A stretch of 64,000 nt of DNA from the human T2T-CHM13v2.0 reference genome, Homo sapiens. How positions within the stretch are numbered: position 1 is the stretch's first letter; each line of letters starts with the position of its first letter. The stretch lies in the NCBI RefSeq assembly GCF_009914755.1, contig NC_060925.1; one strand, 5' to 3'. A model generated the notes under the pieces. The model worked only from the letters and a program-made list of their open reading frames with translations, made no database searches and was not told where the DNA came from. Shown piece after piece: positions 43,801-60,350 of this stretch. The translations under genes and the position numbers were made by a program.

Positions 43801-46800
43801 AATGGAATCATCGAATGGACTCGAATGGAATAATCATTGAACGGAATCGAATGGAATCATCATCGGATGGAAATGAATGGAATCATCATCGAATGGAATC
43901 GAATAGAATTATGGAACGAAATCCAGTGTGATCATCATCGAATGGACCCGAATGGAATCATCATCCAACGGAAGCTAATGGAATCAACATCGAATGAATC
44001 GAATGGAGACACCATCGAATTGAACCGAATGGAATTATCATGAAATTGAAATGGATGGACTCATCATCGAATGGATTCGAATGGAATCATCGAATAAAAT
44101 TGATTGAAATCATCATCGAATGGAATCGAATGGTATCATTGAATGGAATCGAATGGAATCATCATCAGATGGAAATGAATGGAATCGTCATAGAATGGAA
44201 TCGAATGGATTCATTGAATGGAATCAGATGGAATCATCGAATGGACTGGAATGGAATCATTGAATGGACTCGAAAGGGATCATTATTGAATGGAATTGAA
44301 TGGAATCATTGAATGGTCTCGATTGGAATCATTATCAAATGGAATCGAATGGAATCACCGAATAGAATCGAATGGAACAATCATCGAATGGACTCAAATG
44401 GAATTATCCTCAAATGGAATGGAATGGAATTATCGAATGCAATCGAATGGAATTATCGAATGCAATCGAATAGAATCATCGAATGGACTCGAATGGAATC
44501 ATCGAATGGAATGGAATGGAACAGTCAATGAACTCGAATGGAATCATCATTGAATGGAATCGAATGGAATCATCGAGTGGAATCGAATGGAATTATGATC
44601 AAATGGAATCGAATGTAATCATCATCAAATGGAATCAAAAATAACCATCATCAATTGGTATTGAATGGAATTGTCATCAAATGGAATTCAAAGGAATCAT
44701 CATCAAATGGAACCGAATGGAATCCTCATTGAATGGAAATGAAAGGGGTCATCATCTAATGGAATCGCATGGAATCATCATCAAATGGAATCGAATGGAA
44801 TCATCATCAAATGGAATCTAATGGAATCATTGAACAGAATTGAATGGAATGGTCATCGAATGAATTGAATGCAATCATCGAATGGTCTCGAATGGAATCA
44901 TCTTCTAATGGAAAGGAATGGAATCATCGCATAGAATCGATTGGAATTATCATCGAATGGAATCGAATGGTATCAACACCAAACGGAAAAAAACGGAATT
45001 ATCGAATGGAATCGAAGAGAATCTTCGAACGGACCCGAATGGAATCATCTAATGGAATGGAATGGAATAATCCATGGACTCGAATGCAATCATCATCGAA
45101 TGGAATCGAATGGAATCATCGAATGGACTCGAATGGAATAATCATTGAACGGAATCGAATGGAATCATCATCGGATGGAAACGAATGGAATCATCATCGA
45201 ATGGAAATGAAAGGAGTCATCATCTAATGGAATTGCATGGAATCATCATAAAATGGAATCGAATGGAATCAACATCAAATGGAATCAAATGGAATCATTG
45301 AACGGAATTGAATGGAATCGTCATCGAATGAATTGACTGCAATCATCGAATGGTCTCGGAATCATCTTCAAATGGAATGGAATGGAATCATCGCATAGAA
45401 TCGAATGGAATTATCATCGAATGGAATCGAATGGAATCAACATCCAACGGAAAAAAACGGAATTATCGAATGGAATCGAAGAGAATCATCGAATGGACCC
45501 GAATGGAATCATCTAATGGAATGGAATGGAATAATCCATGGACTCGAATGCAATCATCATCGAATGGAATCGAATGGAATCATCGAATGGACTCGAATGG
45601 AATAATCATTGAACGGAATCGAATGGAATCATCATCTGATGGAAATGAATGGAATCATCATCGAATGGAATCGAATAGAATTATGGAATGAAATCCAGTG
45701 TGATCATCTTCGAATGGACCCGAATGGAATCATCATCCAACGGAAGCTAATGGAATCAACATCGAATGAATCGAATGGAAACACCATCGAATTGAAACGA
45801 ATGGAATTATCATGAAATTGAAATGGATGGACTCATCATCGAATGGATTCGAATGGAATCATCGAATAAAATTGATTGAAATCATCATCGAATGGAATCG
45901 AATGGTATCATTGAATGGAATCGAATGGAATCATCATCAGATGGAAATGAATGGAATCGTCATAGAATGGAATCGAATGGATTCATTGAATGGAATCAGA
46001 TGGAATCATCGAATGGACTGGAATGGAATCATTGAATGGACTCGAAAGGGATCATTATTGAATGGAATTGAATGGAATCATCGAATGGTCTCGATTGGAA
46101 TCATTATCAAATGGAATCGAATGGAATCACCGAATAGAATCGAATGGAACAATCATCGAATGGACTCAAATGGAATTATCCTCCAATGGAATGGAATGGA
46201 ATTATCGAATGCAATCGAATGGAATTATCGAATGCAATCGAATAGAATCATCGAATGGACTCGAATGGAATCATCGAATGGAATGGAATGGAACAGTCAA
46301 TGAACACGAATGGAATCATCATTGAATGGAATCGAATGGAAACATCGAGTGGAATCGAATGGAATTATGATCAAATGGAATCGAATGTAATCATCATCAA
46401 ATGGAATCAAAAATAACCATCATCAATTGGTATTGAATGGAATTGTCATCAAATGGAATTCAAAGGAATCATCATCAAATGGAACCGAATGGAATCCTCA
46501 TTGAATGGAAATGAAAGGGGTCATCATCTAATGGAATCGCATGGAATCATCACCAAATGGAATCGAATGGAATCATCATCATATGGAATCTAATGGAATC
46601 ATTGAACAGAATTGAATGGAATCGTCATCAAATGAATTGAATGCAATCATCGAATGGTCTCGAATGGAATCATCTTCTAATGGAAAGGAATGGAATCATC
46701 GCATAGAATCGAATGGAATTATCATCGAATGGAATCGAATGGTATCAACACCAAACGGAAAAAAACGGAATTATCGAATGGAATCGAAGAGAATCTTCGA

Positions 46801-49800
46801 ACGGACCCGAATGGAATCATCTAATGGAATGGAATGGAATAATCCATGGACTCGAATGCAATCATCATCGAATGGAATCGAATGGAATCATCGAATGGAC
46901 TCGAATGGAATAATCATTGAACGGAATCGAATGGAATCATCATCGGATGGAAACGAATGGAATCATCATCGAATGGAAATGAAAGGAGTCATCATCTAAT
47001 GCAATTGCATGGAATCATCATCAAATGGAATCGAATGGAATCAACATCAAATGGAATCTAATGGAATCATTGAACAGAATTGAATGGAATCGTCATCGAA
47101 TGAATTGACTGCAATCATCGAATGGTCTCGAATGGAATCATCTTCAAATGGAATGGAATGGAATCATCGCATAGAATCGAATGGAATTATCATCGAATGG
47201 AATCGAATGGAATCAACATCAAACGGAAAAAAACGGAATTATCGAATGGAATCGAAGAGAATCATCGAATGGACCCGAATGGAATCATCTAATGGAATGG
47301 AATGGAATAATCCATGGACTCGAATGCAATCATCATCGAATGGAATCGAATGGAATCATCGAATGGACTCGAATGGAATAATCATTGAACGGAATCGAAT
47401 GGAATCATCATCAGATGGAAATGAATGGAATCATCATCGAATGGAATCGAATAGAATTATGGAATGAAATCCAGTGTGATCATCATCGAATGGACCCGAA
47501 TGGAATCATCATCCAACGGAAGCTAATGGAATCAACATCGAATGAATCAAATGGAAACACCATCGAATTGAAACGAATGGAATTATCATGAAATTGAAAT
47601 GGATGGACTCATCATCGAATGGATTCGAATGGAATCATCGAATAAAATTGATTGAAATCATCATCGAATGGAATCGAATGGTATCATTGAATGGAATCGA
47701 ATGGAATCATCATCAGATGGAAATGAATGGAATCGTCATAGAATGGAATCGAATGGATTCATTGAATGGAATCAGATGGAATCATCGAATGGACTGGAAT
47801 GGAATCATTGAATGGACTCAAAAGGGATCATGATTGAATGGAATTGAATGGAATCATCGAATGGTCTCGATTGGAATCATTATCAAATGGAATCGAATGG
47901 AATCACCGAATAGAATCGAATGGAACAATCATCGAATGGACTCAAATGGAATTATCCTCAAATGGAATCGAATGGAATTATCGAATGCAATCGAATGGAA
48001 TTATCGAATGCAATCGAATAGAATCATCGAATGGACTCGAATGGAATCATCGAATGGAATGCAATGGAACAGTCAATGAACTCGAATGGAATCATCATTG
48101 AATGGAATCGAATGGAATCATCGATTGGAATCGAATGGAATTATGATCAAATGGAATCGAATGTAATCCTCATCAAATGGAATCAAAAATAACCATCATC
48201 AATTGGTATTGAATGGAATTGTCATCAAATGGAATTCAAAGGAATCATCATCAAATGGAACCGAATGGAATCCTCATTGAATGGAAATGAAAGGGGTCAT
48301 CATCTAATGGAATCGCATGGAATCATCATCAAATGGAATCGAATGGAATCATCATCAAATGGAATCTAATGGAATCATTGAACAGAATTGAATGGAATCG
48401 TCATCGAATGAATTGAATGCAATCATCGAATGGTCTCGAATGGAATCATCTTCTAATGGAAAGGAATGGAATCATCGCATAGAATCGAATGGAATTATCA
48501 TCGAATGGAATCGAATGGTATCAACACCAAACGGAAAAAAACGGAATTATCGAATGGAATCGAAGAGAATCTTCGAACGGACCCGAATGGAATCATCTAA
48601 TGGAATGGAATGGAATAATCCATGGACTCGAATGCAATCATCATCGAATGGAATCGAATGGAATCATCGAATGGACTCGAATGGAATAATCATTGAACGG
48701 AATCGAATGGAATCATCATCGGATGGAAACGAATGGAATCATCATCGAATGGAAATGAAAGGAGTCATCATCTAATGGAATTGCATGGAATCATCATAAA
48801 ATGGAATCGAATGGAATCAACATCAAATGGAATCAAATGGAATCATTGAACGGAATTGAATGGAATCGTCATCGAATGAATTGACTGCAATCATCCAATG
48901 GTCTCGAATGGAATCATCTTCAAATGGAATGGAATGGAATCATCGCATAGAATCGAATGGAATTATCATCGAATGGAATCGAATGGAATCAACATCAAAC
49001 GGAAAAAAACGGAATTATCGAATGGAATCGAAGAGAATCATCGAATGGACCCGAATGGAATCATCTAATGGAATGGAATGGAATAATCCATGGACTCGAA
49101 TGCAATCATCATCGAATGGAATCGAATGGAATCATCGAATGGACTCGAATGGAATAATCATTGAACGGAATCGAATGGAATCATCATCGGATGGAAATGA
49201 ATGGAATCATCATCGAATGGAATCGAATAGAATTATGGAATGAAATCCAGTGTGATCATCATCGAATGGACCCGAATGGAATCATCATCCAACGGAAGCT
49301 AATGGAATCAACATCGAATGAATCGAATGGAAACACCATCGAATTGAAACGAATGGAATTATCATGAAATTGAAATGGATGGACTCATCATCGAATGGAT
49401 TCGAATGGAATCATGGAATAAAATTGATTGAAATCATCATCCAATGGAATCGAATGGTATCATTGAATGGAATCGAATGGAATCATCATCAGATGGAAAT
49501 GAATGGAATCGTCATAGAATGGAATCGAATGGATTCATTGAATGGAATCAGATGGAATCATCGAATGGACTGGAATGGAATCATTGAATGGACTCGAAAG
49601 GGATCATGATTGAATGGAATTGAATGGAATCATCGAATGGTCTCGATTGGAATCATTATCAAATGGAATCGAATGGAATCACCGAATAGAATCGAATGGA
49701 ACAATCATCGAATGGACTCAAATGGAATTATCCTCCAATGGAATGGAATGGAATTATCGAATGCAATCGAATGGAATTATCGAATGCAATCGAATAGAAT

Positions 49801-52800
49801 CATCGAATGGACTCGAATGGAATCATCGAATGGAATGGAATGGAACAGTCAATGAACTCGAATGGAATCATCATTGAATGGAATCGAATGGAATCATCGA
49901 GTGGAATCGAATGGAATTATGATCAAATGGAATCGAATGTAATCATCATCAAATGGAATCAAAAATAACCATCATCAATTGGTATTGAATGGAATTGTCA
50001 TCAAATGGAATTCAAAGGAATCATCATCAAATGGAACCGAATGGAATCCTCATTGAATGGAAATGAAAGGGGTCATCATCTAATGGAATCGCATGGAATC
50101 ATCATCAAATGGAATCGAATGGAATCATCATCAAATGGAATCTAATGGAATCATTGAACAGAATTGAATGGAATCGTCATCGAATGAATTGAATGCAATC
50201 ATCGAATGGTCTCGAATGGAATCATCTTCTAATGGAAAGGAATGGAATCATCGCATAGAATCGAATGGAATTATCATCGAATGGAATCGAATGGTATCAA
50301 CACCAAACGGAAAAAAACGGAATTATCGAATGGAATCGAAGAGAATCTTCGAACGGACCCGAATGGAATCATCTAATGGAATGGAATGGAATAATCCATG
50401 GACTCGAATGCAATCATCATCGAATGGAATCGAATGGAATCATCGAATGGACTCGAATGGAATAATCATTGAACGGAATCGATTGGAATCATCATCGGAT
50501 GGAAACGAATGGAATCATCATCGAATGGAAAGGAAAGGAGTCATCATCTAATGGAATTGCATGGAATCATCATAAAATGGAATCGAATGGAATCAACATC
50601 AAATGGAATCAAATGGAATCATTGAACGGAATTGAATGGAATCGTCATCGAATGAATTGACTGCAATCATCCAATGGTCTCGAATGGAATCATCTTCAAA
50701 TGGAATGGAATGGAATCATCGCATAGAATCGAATGGAATTATCATTGAATGGAATCGAATGGAATCAACATCCAACGGAAAAAAACGGAATTATCGAATG
50801 GAATCGAAGAGAATCATCGAATGGACCCGAATGGAATCATGTAATGGAATGGAATGGAATAATCCATGGACTCGAATGCAATCATCATCGAATGGAATCG
50901 AATGGAATCATCGAATGGACTCGTATGGAATAATCATTGAACGGAATCGAATGGAATCATCATCGGATGGAAATGAATGGAATCATCATCGAATGGAATC
51001 GAATAGAATTATGGAATGAAATCCAGTGTGATCATCATCGAATGGACCCGAATGGAATCATCATCCAACGGAAGCTAATGGAATCAACATCGAATGAATC
51101 AAATGGAAACACCATCGAATTGAAACGAATGGAATTATCATGAAATTGAAATGGATGGACTCATCATCGAATGGATTAATGGAATCATCGAATAAAATTG
51201 ATTGAAATCATCATCGAATGGAATCGAATGGTATCATTGAATGGAATCGAATGGAATCATCATCAGATGGAAATGAATGGAATCGTCATAGAATGGAATC
51301 GAATGGATTCATTGAATGGAATCAGATGGAATCATCGAATGGACTGGAATGGAATCATTGAATGGACTCGAAAGGGATCATGATTGAATGGAATTGAATG
51401 GAATCATCGAATGGTCTCGATTGGAATCATTATCAAATGGAATCGAATGGAATCACCGAATAGAATCGAATGGAACAATCATCGAATGGACTCAAATGGA
51501 ATTATCCTCCAATGGAATGGAATGGAATTATCGAATGCAATCGAATGGAATTATCGAATGCAATCGAATAGAATCATCGAATGGACTCGAATGGAATCAT
51601 CGAATGGAATGGAATGGAACAGTCAATGAACTCGAATGGAATCATCATTGAATGGAATCGAATGGAATCATCGAGTGGAATCGAATGGAATTATGATCAA
51701 ATGGAATCGAATGTAATCATCATCAAATGGAATCAAAAATAACCATCATCAATTGGTATTGAATGGAATTGTCATCAAATGGAATTCAAAGGAATCATCA
51801 TCAAATGGAACCGAATGGAATCCTCATTGAATGGAAATGAAAGGGGTCATCATCTAATGGAATCGCATGGAATCATCATCAAATGGAATCGAATGGAATC
51901 ATCATCAAATGGAATCTAATGGAATCATTGAACAGAATTGAATGGAATCGTCATCGAATGAATTGAATGCAATCATCGAATGGTCTCGAATGGAATCATC
52001 TTCTAATGGAAAGGAATGGAATCATCGCATAGAATCGAATGGAATTATCATCGAATGGAATCGAATGGTATCAACACCAAACGGAAAAAAACGGAATTAT
52101 CGAATGGAATCGAAGAGAATCTTCGAACGGACCCGAATGGAATCATCTAATGGAATGGAATGGAATAATCCATGGACTCGAATGCAATCATCATCGAATG
52201 GAATCGAATGGAATCATCGAATGGACTCGAATGGAATAATCATTGAACGGAATCGAATGGAATCATCATCGGATGGAAACGAATGGAATCATCATCGAAT
52301 GGAAATGAAAGGAGTCATCATCTAATGGAATTGCATGGAATCATCATAAAATGGAATCGAATGGAATCAACATCAAATGGAATCAAATGGAATCATTGAA
52401 CGGAATTGAATGGAATCGTCATCGAATGAATTGACTGCAATCATCCAATGGTCTCGAATGGAATCGTCTTCAAATGGAATGGAATGGAATCATCGCATAG
52501 AATCGAATGGAATTATCATCGAATGGAATCGAATGGAATCAACATCCAACGGAAAAAAACGGAATTATCGAATGGAATCGAAGAGAATCATCGAATGGAC
52601 CCGAATGGAATCATCTAATGGAATGGAATGGAATAATCCATGGACTCGAATGCAATCATCATCGAATGGAATCGAATGGAATCATCGAATGGACTCGAAT
52701 GGAATAATCATTGAACGGAATCGAATGGAATCATCATCGGATGGAAATGAATGGAATCATCATCGAATGGAATCGAATAGAATTATGGAATGAAATCCAG

Positions 52801-55800
52801 TGTGATCATCATCGAATGGACCCGAATGGAATCATCATCCAACGGAAGCTAATGGAATCAACATCGAATGAATCGAATGGAAACACCATCGAATTGAAAC
52901 GAATGGAATTATCATGAAATTGAAATGGATGGACTCATCATCGAATGGATTCGAATGGAATCATCGAATAAAATTGATTGAAATCATCATCCAATGGAAT
53001 CGAATGGTATCATTGAATGGAATCGAATGGAATCATCATCAGATGGAAATGAATGGAATCGTCATAGAATGGAATCGAATGGATTCATTGAATGGAATCA
53101 GATGGAATCATCGAATGGACTGGAATGGAATCATTGAATGGACTCGAAAGGGATCATGATTGAATGGAATTGAATGGAATCATCGAATGGTCTCGATTGG
53201 AATCATTATCAAATGGAATCGAATGGAATCACCGAATAGAATCGAATGGAACAATCATCGAATGGACTCAAATGGAATTATCCTCCAATGGAATCGAATG
53301 GAATTATCGAATGCAATCGAATGGAATTATCGAATGCAATCGAATAGAATCATCGAATGGACTCGAATGGAATCATCGAATGGAATGGAATGGAACAGTC
53401 AATGAACTCGAATGGAATCATCATTGAATGGAATCGAATGGAATCATCGAGTGGAATCGAATGGAATTATGATCAAATGGAATGGAATGTAATCATCATC
53501 AAATGGAATCAAAAATAACCATCATCAATTGGTATTGAATGGAATTGTCATCAAATGGAATTCAAAGGAATCATCATCAAATGGAACCGAATGGAATCCT
53601 CATTGAATGGAAATGAAAGGGGTCATCATCTAATGGAATCGCATGGAATCATCATCAAATGGAATCGAATGGAATCATCATCAAATGGAATCTAATGGAA
53701 TCATTGAACAGAATTGAATGGAATCGTCATCGAATGAATTGAATGCAATCATCGAATGGTCTCGAATGGAATCATCTTCTAATGGAAAGGAATGGAATCA
53801 TCGCATAGAATCGAATGGAATTATCATCGAATGGAATCGAATGGTATCAACACCAAACGGAAAAAAACGGAATTATCGAATGGAATCGAAGAGAATCTTC
53901 GAACGGACCCGAATGGAATCATCTAATTGAATGGAATGGAATAATCCATGGACTCGAATGCAATCATCATCGAATGGAATCGAATGGAATCATCGAATGG
54001 ACTCGAATGGAATAATCATTGAACGGAATCGAATGGAATCATCATCGGATGGAAACGAATGGAATCATCATCGAATGGAAATGAAAGGAGTCATCATCTA
54101 ATGGAATTGCATGGAATCATCATAAAATGGAATCGAATGGAATCAACATCAAATGGAATCAAATGGAATCATTGAACGGAATTGAATGGAATCGTCATCG
54201 AATGAATTGACTGCAATCATCGAATGGTCTCGAATGGAATCATCTTCAAATGGAATGGAATGGAATCATCGCATAGAATCGAATGGAATTATCATCGAAT
54301 GGAATCGAATGGAATCAACATCAAACGGAAAAAAACGGAATTATCGAATGGAATCGAAGAGAATCATCGAATGGACCCGAATGGAATCATCTAATGGAAT
54401 GGAATGGAATAATCCATGGACTCGAATGCAATCATCATCGAATGGAATCGAATGGAATCATCGAATGGACTCGAATGGAATAATCATTGAACGGAATCGA
54501 ATGGAATCATCATCGGATGGAAATGAATGGAATCATCATCGAATGGAATCGAATAGAATTATGGAATGAAATCCAGTGTGATCATCATCGAATGGACCCG
54601 AATGGAATCATCATCCAACGGAAGCTAATGGAATCAACATCGAATGAATCGAATGGAAACACCATCGAATTGAAACGAATGGAATTATCATGAAATTGAA
54701 ATGGATGGACTCATCATCGAATGGATTCGAATGGAATCATCGAATAAAATTGATTGAAATCATCATCCAATGGAATCGAATGGTATCATTGAATGGAATC
54801 GAATGGAATCATCATCAGATGGAAATGAATGGAATCGTCATAGAATGGAATCGAATGGATTCATTGAATGGAATCAGATGGAATCATCGAATGGACTGGA
54901 ATGGAATCATTGAATGGACTCGAAAGGGATCATTATTGAATGGAATTGAATGGAATCATCGAATGGTCTCGATTGGAATCATTATCAAATGGAATCGAAT
55001 GGAATCACCGAATAGAATCGAATGGAACAATCATCGAATGGACTCAAATGGAATTATCCTCCAATGGAATCGAATGGAATTATCGAATGCAATCGAATGG
55101 AATTATCGAATGCAATCGAATAGAATCATCGAATGGACTCGAATGGAATCATCGAATGGAATGGAATGGAACAGTCAATGAACTCGAATGGAATCATCAT
55201 TGAATGGAATCGAATGGAATCATCGAGTGGAATCGAATGGAATTATGATCAAATGGAATGGAATGTAATCATCATCAAATGGAATCAAAAATAACCATCA
55301 TCAATTGGTATTGAATGGAATTGTCATCAAATGGAATTCAAAGGAATCATCATCAAATGGAACCGAATGGAATCCTCATTGAATGGAAATGAAAGGGGTC
55401 ATCATCTAATGGAATCGCATGGAATCATCATCAAATGGAATCGAATGGAATCATCATCAAATGGAATCTAATGGAATCATTGAACAGAATTGAATGGAAT
55501 CGTCATCGAATGAATTGAATGCAATCATCGAATGGTCTCGAATGGAATCATCTTCTAATGGAAAGGAATAGAATCATCGCATAGAATCGAATGGAATTAT
55601 CATCGAATGGAATCGAATGGTATCAACACCAAACGGAAAAAAACGGAATTATCGAATGGAATCGAAGAGAATCTTCGAACGGACCCGAATGGAATCATCT
55701 AATGGAATGGAATGGAATAATCCATGGACTCGAATGCAATCATCATCGAATGGAATCGAATGGAATCATCGAATGGACTCGAATGGAATAATCATTGAAC

Positions 55801-58800
55801 GGAATCGATTGGAATCATCATCGGATGGAAACGAATGGAATCATCATCGAATGGAAATGAAAGGAGTCATCATCTAATGGAATTGCATGGAATCATCATA
55901 AAATGGAATCGAATGGAATCAACATCAAATGGAATCAAATGGAATCATTGAACGGAATTGAATGGAATCGTCATCGAATGAATTGACTGCAATCATCCAA
56001 TGGTGTCGAATGGAATCATCTTCAAATGGAATGGAATGGAATCATCGCATAGAATCGAATGGAATTATCATCGAATGGAATCGAATGGAATCAACATCCA
56101 ACGGAAAAAAACGGAATTATCGAATGGAATCGAAGAGAATCATCGAATGGACCCGAATGGAATCATCTAATGGAATGGAATGGAATAATCCATGGACTCG
56201 AATGCAATCATCATCGAATGGAATCGAATGGAATCATCGAATGGACTCGAATGGAATAATCATTGAACGGAATCGAATGGAATCATCATCGGATGGAAAT
56301 GAATGGAATCATCATCGAATGGAATCGAATAGAATTATGGAATGAAATCCAGTGTGATCATCATCAAATGGACCCGAATGGAATCATCATCCAACGGAAG
56401 CTAATGGAATCAACATCGAATGAATCGAATGGAAACACCATCGAATTGAAACGAATGGAATTATCATGAAATTGAAATGGATGGACTCATCATCGAATGG
56501 ATTCGAATGGAATCATCGAATAAAATTGATTGAAATCATCATCGAATGGAATCGAATGGTATCATTGAATGGAATCGAATGGAATCATCATCAGATGGAA
56601 ATGAATGGAATCGTCATAGAATGGAATCGAATGGATTCATTGAATGGAATCAGATGGAATCATCGAATGGACTGGAATGGAATCATTGAATGGACTCGAA
56701 AGGGATCATGATTGAATGGAATTGAATGGAATCATCGAATGGTCTCGATTGGAATCATTATCAAATGGAATCGAATGGAATCACCGAATAGAATCGAATG
56801 GAACAATCATCGAATGGACTCAAATGGAATTATCCTCAAATGGAATCGAATGGAATTATCGAATGCAATCGAATGGAATTATCGAATGCAATCGAATAGA
56901 ATCATCGAATGGACTCGAATGGAATCATCGAATGGAATGGAATGGAACAGTCAATGAACTCGAATGGAATCATCATTGAATGGAATCGAATGGAATCATC
57001 GAGTGGAATCGAATGGAATTATGATCAAATGGAATCGAATGTAATCATCATCAAATGGAATCAAAAATAACCATCATCAATTGGTATTGAATGGAATTGT
57101 CATCAAATGGAATTCAAAGGAATCATCATCAAATGGAACCGAATGGAATCCTCATTGAATGGAAATGAAAGGGGTCATCATCTAATGGAATCGCATGGAA
57201 TCATCATAAAATGGAATCGAATGAAATCAACATCAAATGGAATCAAATGGAATCATTGAACGGAATTGAATGGAATCGTCATCGAATGAATTGGATGCAA
57301 TCATCGAATGGTCTCGAATGGAATCTTCTTCAAATGGAATGGAATGGAATCATCGCATAGAATCGAATGGAATTATCATCGAATGGAATCGAATGGAATC
57401 AACATCAAACGGAAAAAAACGGAATTATCGAATGGAATCGAAGAGAATCATCGAATGGACCCGAATGGAATCATCTAATGGAATGGAATGGAATAATCCA
57501 TGGACTCGAATGCAATCATCATCGAATGGAATCGAATGGAATCATCGAATGGACTCGAATGGAATAATCATTGAACGGAATCGATTGGAATCATCATCGG
57601 ATGGAAACGAATGGAATCATCATCGAATGGAAATGAAAGGAGTCATCATCTAATGGAATTGCATGGAATCATCATAAAATGGAATCGAATGGAATCAACA
57701 TCAAATGGAATCAAATGGAATCATTGAACGGAATTGAATGGAATCGTCATCGAATGAATTGACTGCAATCATCGAATGGTCTCGAATGGAATCATCTTCA
57801 AATGGAATGGAATGGAATCATCGCATAGAATCGAATGGAATTATCATCGAATGGAATCGAATGGAATCAACATCCAACGGAAAAAAACGGAATTATCGAA
57901 TGGAATCGAAGAGAATCATCGAATGGACCCGAATGGAATCATCTAATGGAATGGAATGGAATAATCCGTGGACTCGAATGCAATCATCATCGAATGGAAT
58001 CGAATGGAATCATCGAATGGACTCGAATGGAATAATCATTGAACGGAATAGAATGGAATCATCATCGGATGGAAATGAATGGAATCATCATCGAATGGAA
58101 TCGAATACAATTATGGAATGAAATCCAGTGTGATCATCATCGAATGGACCCGAATGGAATCATCATCCAACGGAAGCTAATGGAATCAACATCGAATGAA
58201 TCGAATGGAAACACCATCGAATTGAAACGAATGGAATTATCATGAAATTGAAATGGATGGACTCATCATCGAATGGATTCGAAAGGAATCATCGAATAAA
58301 ATTGATTGAAATCATCATCGAATGGAATCGAATGGTATCATTGAATGGAATCGAATGGAATCATCATCAGATGGAAATGAATGGAATCGTCATAGAATGG
58401 AATCGAATGGATTCATTGAATGGAATCAGATGGAATCATCGAATGGACTGGAATGGAATCATTGAATGGACTCGAAAGGGATCATGATTGAATGGAATTG
58501 AATGGAATCATCGAATGGTCTCGATTGGAATCATTATCAAATGGAATCGAATGGAATCACCGAATAGAATCGAATGGAACAATCATCGAATGGACTCAAA
58601 TGGAATTATCCTCAAATGGAATCGAATGGAATTATCGAATGCAATCGAATGGAATTATCGAATGCAATCGAATAGAATGATCGAATGGACTCGAATGGAA
58701 TCATTGAATGGAATGGAATGGAACAGTCAATGAACTCGAATGGAATCATCATTGAATGGAATCGAATGGAATCATCGAGTGGAATCGAAAGGAATTATGA

Positions 58801-59409
58801 TCAAATGGAATCGAATGTAATCATCATCAAATGGAATCAAAAATAACCATCATCAATTGCTATTGAATGGAATTGTCATCAAATGGAATTCAAAGGAATC
58901 ATCATCAAATGGAACCGAATGGAATCCTCACTGAATGGAAATGAAAGGGGTCATCATCTAATGGAATCGCATGGAATCATCATCAAATGGAATCGAATGG
59001 AATCACCATCAAATGGAATCTAATGGAATCATTGAACAGAATTGAATGGAATCGTCATCGAATGAATTGAATGCAATCATCGAATGGTCTCGAATGGATT
59101 CATCTTCTAATGGAAAGGAATGGAATCATCGCATAGAATCGAATGGAATTATCATCGAATGGAATCGAATGGTATCATTGAATGGAATCGAATGGAATCA
59201 TCATCAGATGGAAATGAATGGAATCGTCATAGAATGGAATCGAATGGATTCATTGAATGGAATCAGATGGAATCATCGAATGGACTGGAATGGAATCATT
59301 GAATGGACTCGATAGGGATCATTATTGAATGGAATTGAATGGAATCATCGAATGGTCTCGATTGGAATCATTATCAAATGGAATCGAATGGAATCACCGA
59401 ATAGAATCA
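40823..59409 (+). repeat. Copy 2 of the 18,587-bp tandem duplication
   Basis: Same markers as copy 1. Identity ends between 59409 (A, shared with 40822) and 59460 (C, versus G at 40873). Confidence 0.93.
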
Positions 59410-60350
59410 AATGGAACAATCATCGAATGGACTCAAATGGAATTATCCTCAAATGGAATCGAATGGAATTATCGAATGCAATCGAATGGAATTATCGAAT
59501 GCAATCGAATAGAATCATCGAATGGACTCGAATGGAATCATCGAATGGAATGGAATGGAACAGTCAATGAACTCGAATGGAATCATCATTGAATGGAATC
59601 GAATGGAATCATCGAGTGGAATCGAATGGAATTATGATCAAATGGAATCGAATGTAATCCTCATCAAATGGAATAAAAAATAACCATCATCAATTGGTAT
59701 TGAATGGAATTGTCATCAAATGGAATTCAAAGGAATCATCATCAAATGGAACCGAATGGAATCCTCATTGAATGGAAATGAAAGGGGTCATCATCTAATG
59801 GAATCGCATGGAATCATCATCAAATGGAATCGAATGGAATCAACATCAAATGGAATCAAATGGAATCATTGAACGGAATTGAATGGAATCGTCATCGAAT
59901 GAATTGGATGCAATCATCGAATGGTCTCGAATGGAATCTTCTTCAAATGGAATGGAATGGAATCATCGCATAGAATCGAATGGAATTATCATCGAATGGA
60001 ATCGAATGGAATCAACATCAAACGGAAAAAAACGGAATTATCGAATGGAATCGAAGAGAATCATCGAATGGACCCGAATGGAATCATCTAATGGAATGGA
60101 ATGGAATAATCCATGGACTCGAATGCAATCATCATCGAATGGAATCGAATGGAATCATCGAATGGACTCGAATGGAATAATCATTGAACGGAATCGAATG
60201 GAATCATCATCGGATGGAAACGAATGGAATCATCATCGAATGGAAATGAAAGGAGTCATCATCTAATGGAATTGCATGGAATCATCATAAAATGGAATCG
60301 AATGGAATCAACATCAAATGGAATCAAATGGAATCATTGAACGGAATTGA

